DNA from: Amphiscolops sp. MND2022
Taxonomy: Eukaryota
DNA length: 64,000 nt
Direction of reading: 5' to 3'
NCBI GenBank assembly: GCA_964187785.1
Contig: OZ076409.1
Coordinates: 5,582,001 to 5,646,000 of the forward strand
Below the pieces are notes generated by a model that was given only the letters and a program-made list of their open reading frames with translations, was not told where the DNA came from and searched no databases. The stretch's first letter is position 1. Each line of letters starts with the position of its first letter. Below are positions 59,920 to 64,000 of this stretch, one piece after another. Made by a program: the position numbers and the translations under genes.

Positions 59920-61800
59920 ATATTTATTTCGAATTTAGGTTCTGTTCAGGGAGAATGATGAAAATTAGGAACTGGTGGTTGAGTAAGATTGATAGTAGGT
60001 TTGTAATGGGAATTTGAACAATTCCTTGAGTACGAGTGAGATCGGCTTCGATATCGATCAGAACATGGTTTAAAAGGAGAGCGATAGGGTGTTTTTTAGC
60101 GTCTAAAAGATGAGTTATTATAGCTAGAGGAGCCTTCACGCGAACGAGGGTAAGGTTTATATGGACTACGAGATGAGGTTGAATTATTATAGGTGCGAGA
60201 AGAATAAAATGAACATGAGGAGGAGTTTTTATAATGTTGATCATAACGAGATCGGTTACGATCATAATATGGGAAATGGTTTTGAGAAGAGTAGTTGTGA
60301 TAAAAACTTGGGCGGAAATTTGAGCAAGAATGGGAACGGGATTAATAGCGCGATTCTCGTGGGAATCTTCTATATTGGTTACTATTGCTACGGCTGCGGT
60401 AACGAGGAGTTTGATTATCATGTTTATTGGGGTATTGGGGGGTGTTTTAAAATGTTGATAAAAAGATGAAGTAGGTGATGTGGATTGAAGTATAAATTAC
60501 TTCAGCATATTGATTCTTCGACAACATATTGAGACAGAACGAATATTTTTATGACAAAAGGAGCAGTATTTTCTATGTCGGGGTTTAGATTTATTATAAG
60601 GATCTACGGCTTGTATTTGTAAAGTTTCAGAAAATTTATCGGTATTAGAGGTGTTTTGGGTGAATGTATCTGAGAGAGTGCTAAATTGAAGTGAAAGTTC
60701 TTTTGTTTTGAATTTTACGAGTGTATTATCCTCTTAATCAACCATATTAACAAGAGAGATAAAAAGAATGGAAGGTTCGAGTGAACTTGAAATATTTTTA
60801 ACTTGGCGTTTATTGGCGAAATCTTTGAATTTTTTCTGAAGACCACGAGTAAAAACTTCATTACAATTAAGGTTTATGGTGGGTGGGTATTCATTATACC
60901 AGCCTTGATTAACAAGAGTTTCATCTCCTAAAGCATAGTGTCGAACATTTTCATTGAACATATACAAACTTTTTGAGAATTTTTTTCCGAAAAGTTGGAG
61001 GAAAGAAGACCAATCATTTTCTTGATTTTGAGGGAGACGGTCATACCAAGAGGAGGCAGTTCCTGTAAGGGAACAATAAAGAAGAGATATACGTCTAGAG
61101 TGCCAGGTTAAATAGGGTTGCATATCAAGGGTTGAGGTCCAAGTTGATATGTTACTCGTGCACTAAGTTGAGCTAAGAACTTTTCAGGAGGATACGTATG
61201 ATCCAAGCCATCGAAAAGTTAAATAGGGTTTGAGAGAGCAGCAAAAGGAACTGAAGGAGTCATTTGAAATCCAGAAGGAAGAGGTTGAAAAGCGAGAGTA
61301 TTAAAAGGATGAGTAGATGTTTGAGGCGGTGGGCAAGGGTTAGGAGGAAGATTAGGAGGTTGGAAAGAAGGATTAGGATAATTATGAAAACTAGGATGGA
61401 GTCATTCATAAGAATCATAAGAAGTGGAAGCAGGAGGTGGATTAGATGTTTGAGGGAGATTGTGGGTTGGCAAGGAATATGAATGATTCGGATTAGAGGA
61501 GAGAGTTGGCGGAGGAGATGTATTAGAAGAGTGAGATTGAGGTTGAGTAGTAATAACAGAGAAGAAAGAAATGGGAATTGAGGGAGAGGTTGCTGTATTT
61601 GAGAAGTTGTTGGTTGAATAGTTATTGCGTTGTTACTTGGTGGGGGACTGTTTGAAGGAATATTATTTTGAAGTGGGGAATGAGAAGTAGGCGGCTGAGT
61701 GTTCGTAAAATTATTAGAAGGAGGAACAGAATTACTAGGGGGAAAAGGAGGTGGATTAAGATTAGGATGAGGATTGCCAATAGAGTGCGTGTTTACTAAC
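59920..61800 (-). pseudogene. gag remnant of element C
   Basis: Pro/Ser/Asn-rich N-terminus, capsid motifs (LTGTASSWYDRLP...WSSFLQLF...ENVRHYAL...FTRGL) and an Arg/Ser/Tyr-rich tail. Confidence 0.8.
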
Positions 61801-63490
61801 ACATTGGAAGTAGAAGGGATAATTTGGAGTGAAACATCAGAAGTAATCTCTGAAGTAAGCGTTTGAGGGAGGTATATCTAATATGGTCTGACAGGAGGAG
61901 GACGTTCAAGAATTTTGTTATTACTATGAGTATCATAAGTAAGAAATTCGAAATGAGTGACGGGGAAATCACGGAGTTCATAGAAGGAAATGTCTTGATT
62001 TTCAGAGCTGGCAATAAAAAGAAGAAGTTCATGTTTAGAAAATTGAGAAGGTATGTTAGTACAAGCGTCTGGAATTCCAAATGAGTTGGTAGTTATTTCT
62101 AAAAATACTTCTAAGAATCAAAGAGTATAACCGAATTTGTTCTTCAGTCTGGGTGTTTAAAGTGAAATTTTGAACGAATTGATGTTGGAAGTGAATTTGA
62201 AGAATATCCGTAACAAGCCAATGATGAGGATTATTTTCAAGTGTACGAAGGTGTTCATTATTAGGGATTCAAAATAAATGTCTTTTGTGTGATGTGCTTG
62301 TATAGCAGAGGGAGTGAAAAGATGATGAGGTAGGAGATTATTCTTCTCCGAGAGGTTTTTGAGAAAAGTTATGAAAACATGAGCGATGGGAATATAATTT
62401 TTGGGGTAAATACTTTTACGAAAGGAATTAGTCGGATGAAGAGGAGAGGTGAAAAGTCTAGAGAAAGGACGTTCTTCAGGAGTAGAATTTACAGAATGAG
62501 TGTCAATTTTTTAAAGAAATGAGTCGCGATGTTCACGAATGAGAGGGATAGTATAAAATCTTCAGAATAAGTTTCAAAAGAAAGGAGGACAGTGGTGTTA
62601 TTGATAATGTTTTTAAGTGATAGTGTTAAAATGCGAGTGTTTTCGCGAGAAAGGCGAGGAGAACGAGAAGAATCAACTGCAAATGGGAGAGAAATCAGAG
62701 GAGGAGGAGGTGTATCAGCCATCAGGAATGGTGAAGTGGGTGAAAAATGAGAAAAATACGATCGAGGAGAATATCAGGATCAATACGTGGTTCTGGAAGA
62801 GGTGGTCGATTATTAAAAATATAGAGTTAATGGCGAAAATCTGAATATTAGGAAGAAAATTTCTGTAGAAGAAAAGAGAGGCAAGAGAAAGAATAGGAGA
62901 AATGAGCAAGAGTTGAAAAACTGGAATGCAAGGGTTTGGGTTTGAAAGAAACAGAAAAATATTGAGAAAACGAATAAAGTGAGGAGTTGTTTGGTGGAAG
63001 GTGAAAGTAGTTAGGTTAAAGTGTAAAGTATATTGAAGAGAAGTGGGTAAAATCAATGAGTAGTAGTGTAATTCGGTAGGAGGTATGAGAAAGAGCGTTG
63101 GAGAGAAATTTTACTTTTGGGAAGAAAAGGGAAATGGGAAAATAGTATAGAAAGGAAGTGTGAGAAAAGGAGAGTAGGTTCGAAGATTTTTAGGTAAAAA
63201 GTGTGGTGACCAAGTTTTCAGCAAATCATAAGAAAAACAAGCATAGCAAAAATAATATGAGACAAAAAGTCTGAATGGTTGTAGCAAGGTTTTCGGTTAG
63301 AAACATTGGCTAGAGAGCGAAGAAAATATCAGGGAATGAAATCAATCATGAATTTGTCGACGGCGAGAAAAGCAATTGCAAGCAGGCCACAAAAATCCAA
63401 TATAATCATTAGAGCACAGATGAGGTCATGGAGATTGTACATGTCAAATTTAGGTTGCAAGTTTTTAAAAAAGGAAGAAGATGGAAAAGA

Positions 63491-63767
63491 TGCACCGCCA
63501 GAAGATCGAGTCAAGAGGTTAGCACTAGAAAGTACCGACAAAGTCGAACCATTTTGATTAGTACAAAAGAGACGGTGTACCAGCACGTAGCTTAATCACT
63601 TCAGTGGTGATTAGTACAGAAAAAGGGTTCTACCAGCTTCGAGGCTGAATCACTTTTTGTGATTAGTACAGAAGAATTGTTTGTACTGACGACTTGGTCG
63701 AATGGTTAGTATAGAAGAAATGATGTACCGACTGTATGTCGAATCACTTTTGTTCGCGATTAGTACA
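63491..63767 (-). repeat. Array of 6 structured 40-55-nt units in the leader of element C
   Basis: GATTAGTACA-like cores on the + strand at about 63517, 63556, 63609, 63661, 63704 and 63758. The sense-strand unit is TGTAC-T-AATCAC..GTGATT-CGAC..GTCG-GTACA. Confidence 0.85.
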
Positions 63768-63819
63768 AAAAGAAGAAAAAAAATGTTTCGAGTAGAAAAA
63801 GGAAGGAAAGAAAAAGAGT

Positions 63820-63832
63820 CTTGGTCCCACCA
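63820..63832 (-). promoter_or_regulatory. Primer-binding site of element C (tRNA not assigned)
   Basis: TGGTGGGACC lies 2 nt from the LTR and is nearly identical to the element B PBS TGGTGCGACC. Confidence 0.75.
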
Positions 63833-63834
63833 GT

Positions 63835-64000
63835 TAAAATACTTTTGGTTTTGTTTAAGTTTTGGAAAGTTATCAGATGAAATATTTCAAAGGAAAAGTA
63901 CTTCAAAGAGACGCTAACAGAGCTGCAGTGTCAGGTCTTAAGTCAAGACAACATGATTGTGAAGAGTAAGTTAGCGTTGTGTCGGATATAAATCAGATTG
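63835..64000 (-). repeat. 5' LTR of element C (partial)
   Basis: Direct repeat of about 27540-27714. Confidence 0.9.

Larger units (their letters stand above)
27540..64000 (-). mobile_element. Element C: large decayed env-bearing Ty3/Gypsy element (about 17 kb without the nested element D); its 5' LTR runs off the window
   Basis: 63835-64000 is a direct repeat of about 27540-27714 (AAGAGACGCTAACAGAGCTGCAGTG...GTCGGATATAAATCAGATTG). PBS at 63832; Gag, RT, RH, IN and env remnants all lie on the minus strand. Confidence 0.9.

Noticed and set aside
63491..63767. CRISPR array (repeat with variable spacers)
   Set aside because: The units are degenerate, the variable parts are short hairpin loops, there are no cas genes, and the context is a eukaryotic retroelement leader.

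Overview
Eukaryotic (probably invertebrate animal) DNA that is almost entirely a nest of LTR retrotransposons. From left to right: (1) a decayed BEL/Pao gag-pol (about 0.56-5.3 kb); (2) old element A (5889-19650, +, TSD CTTA), containing a 6.1-kb Mag-like Gypsy element (6682-12768, -, TSD CCTCT) and a fold-back MITE; (3) internally deleted element B (20204-24817, +, TSD AAAC); (4) a small spliced host gene with a B-box and coiled coil (-); (5) large decayed Gypsy element C (27540 to beyond 64000, -), which has a class III (gB/chuvirus-like) env and contains a LINE fragment and a young 19.2-kb Gypsy element D (28176-47368, +, 733-bp LTRs with about 8 mismatches). When in-frame stops and frameshifts are bridged, D encodes two proteins. 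The first is a Gag-Pol of about 3250 aa with a duplicated dead protease domain and an integrase tail carrying AT-hooks, a Cys motif and two degenerate TARG1-type macrodomains. The second is an accessory protein of about 1450 aa with an SGNH-hydrolase-like domain, in the position normally taken by env. Elements A, B and C each carry a tandem array of 40-60-nt hairpin units just downstream of the primer-binding site, and the stems show compensatory changes. All domain calls are by-eye motif recognition, not database searches.
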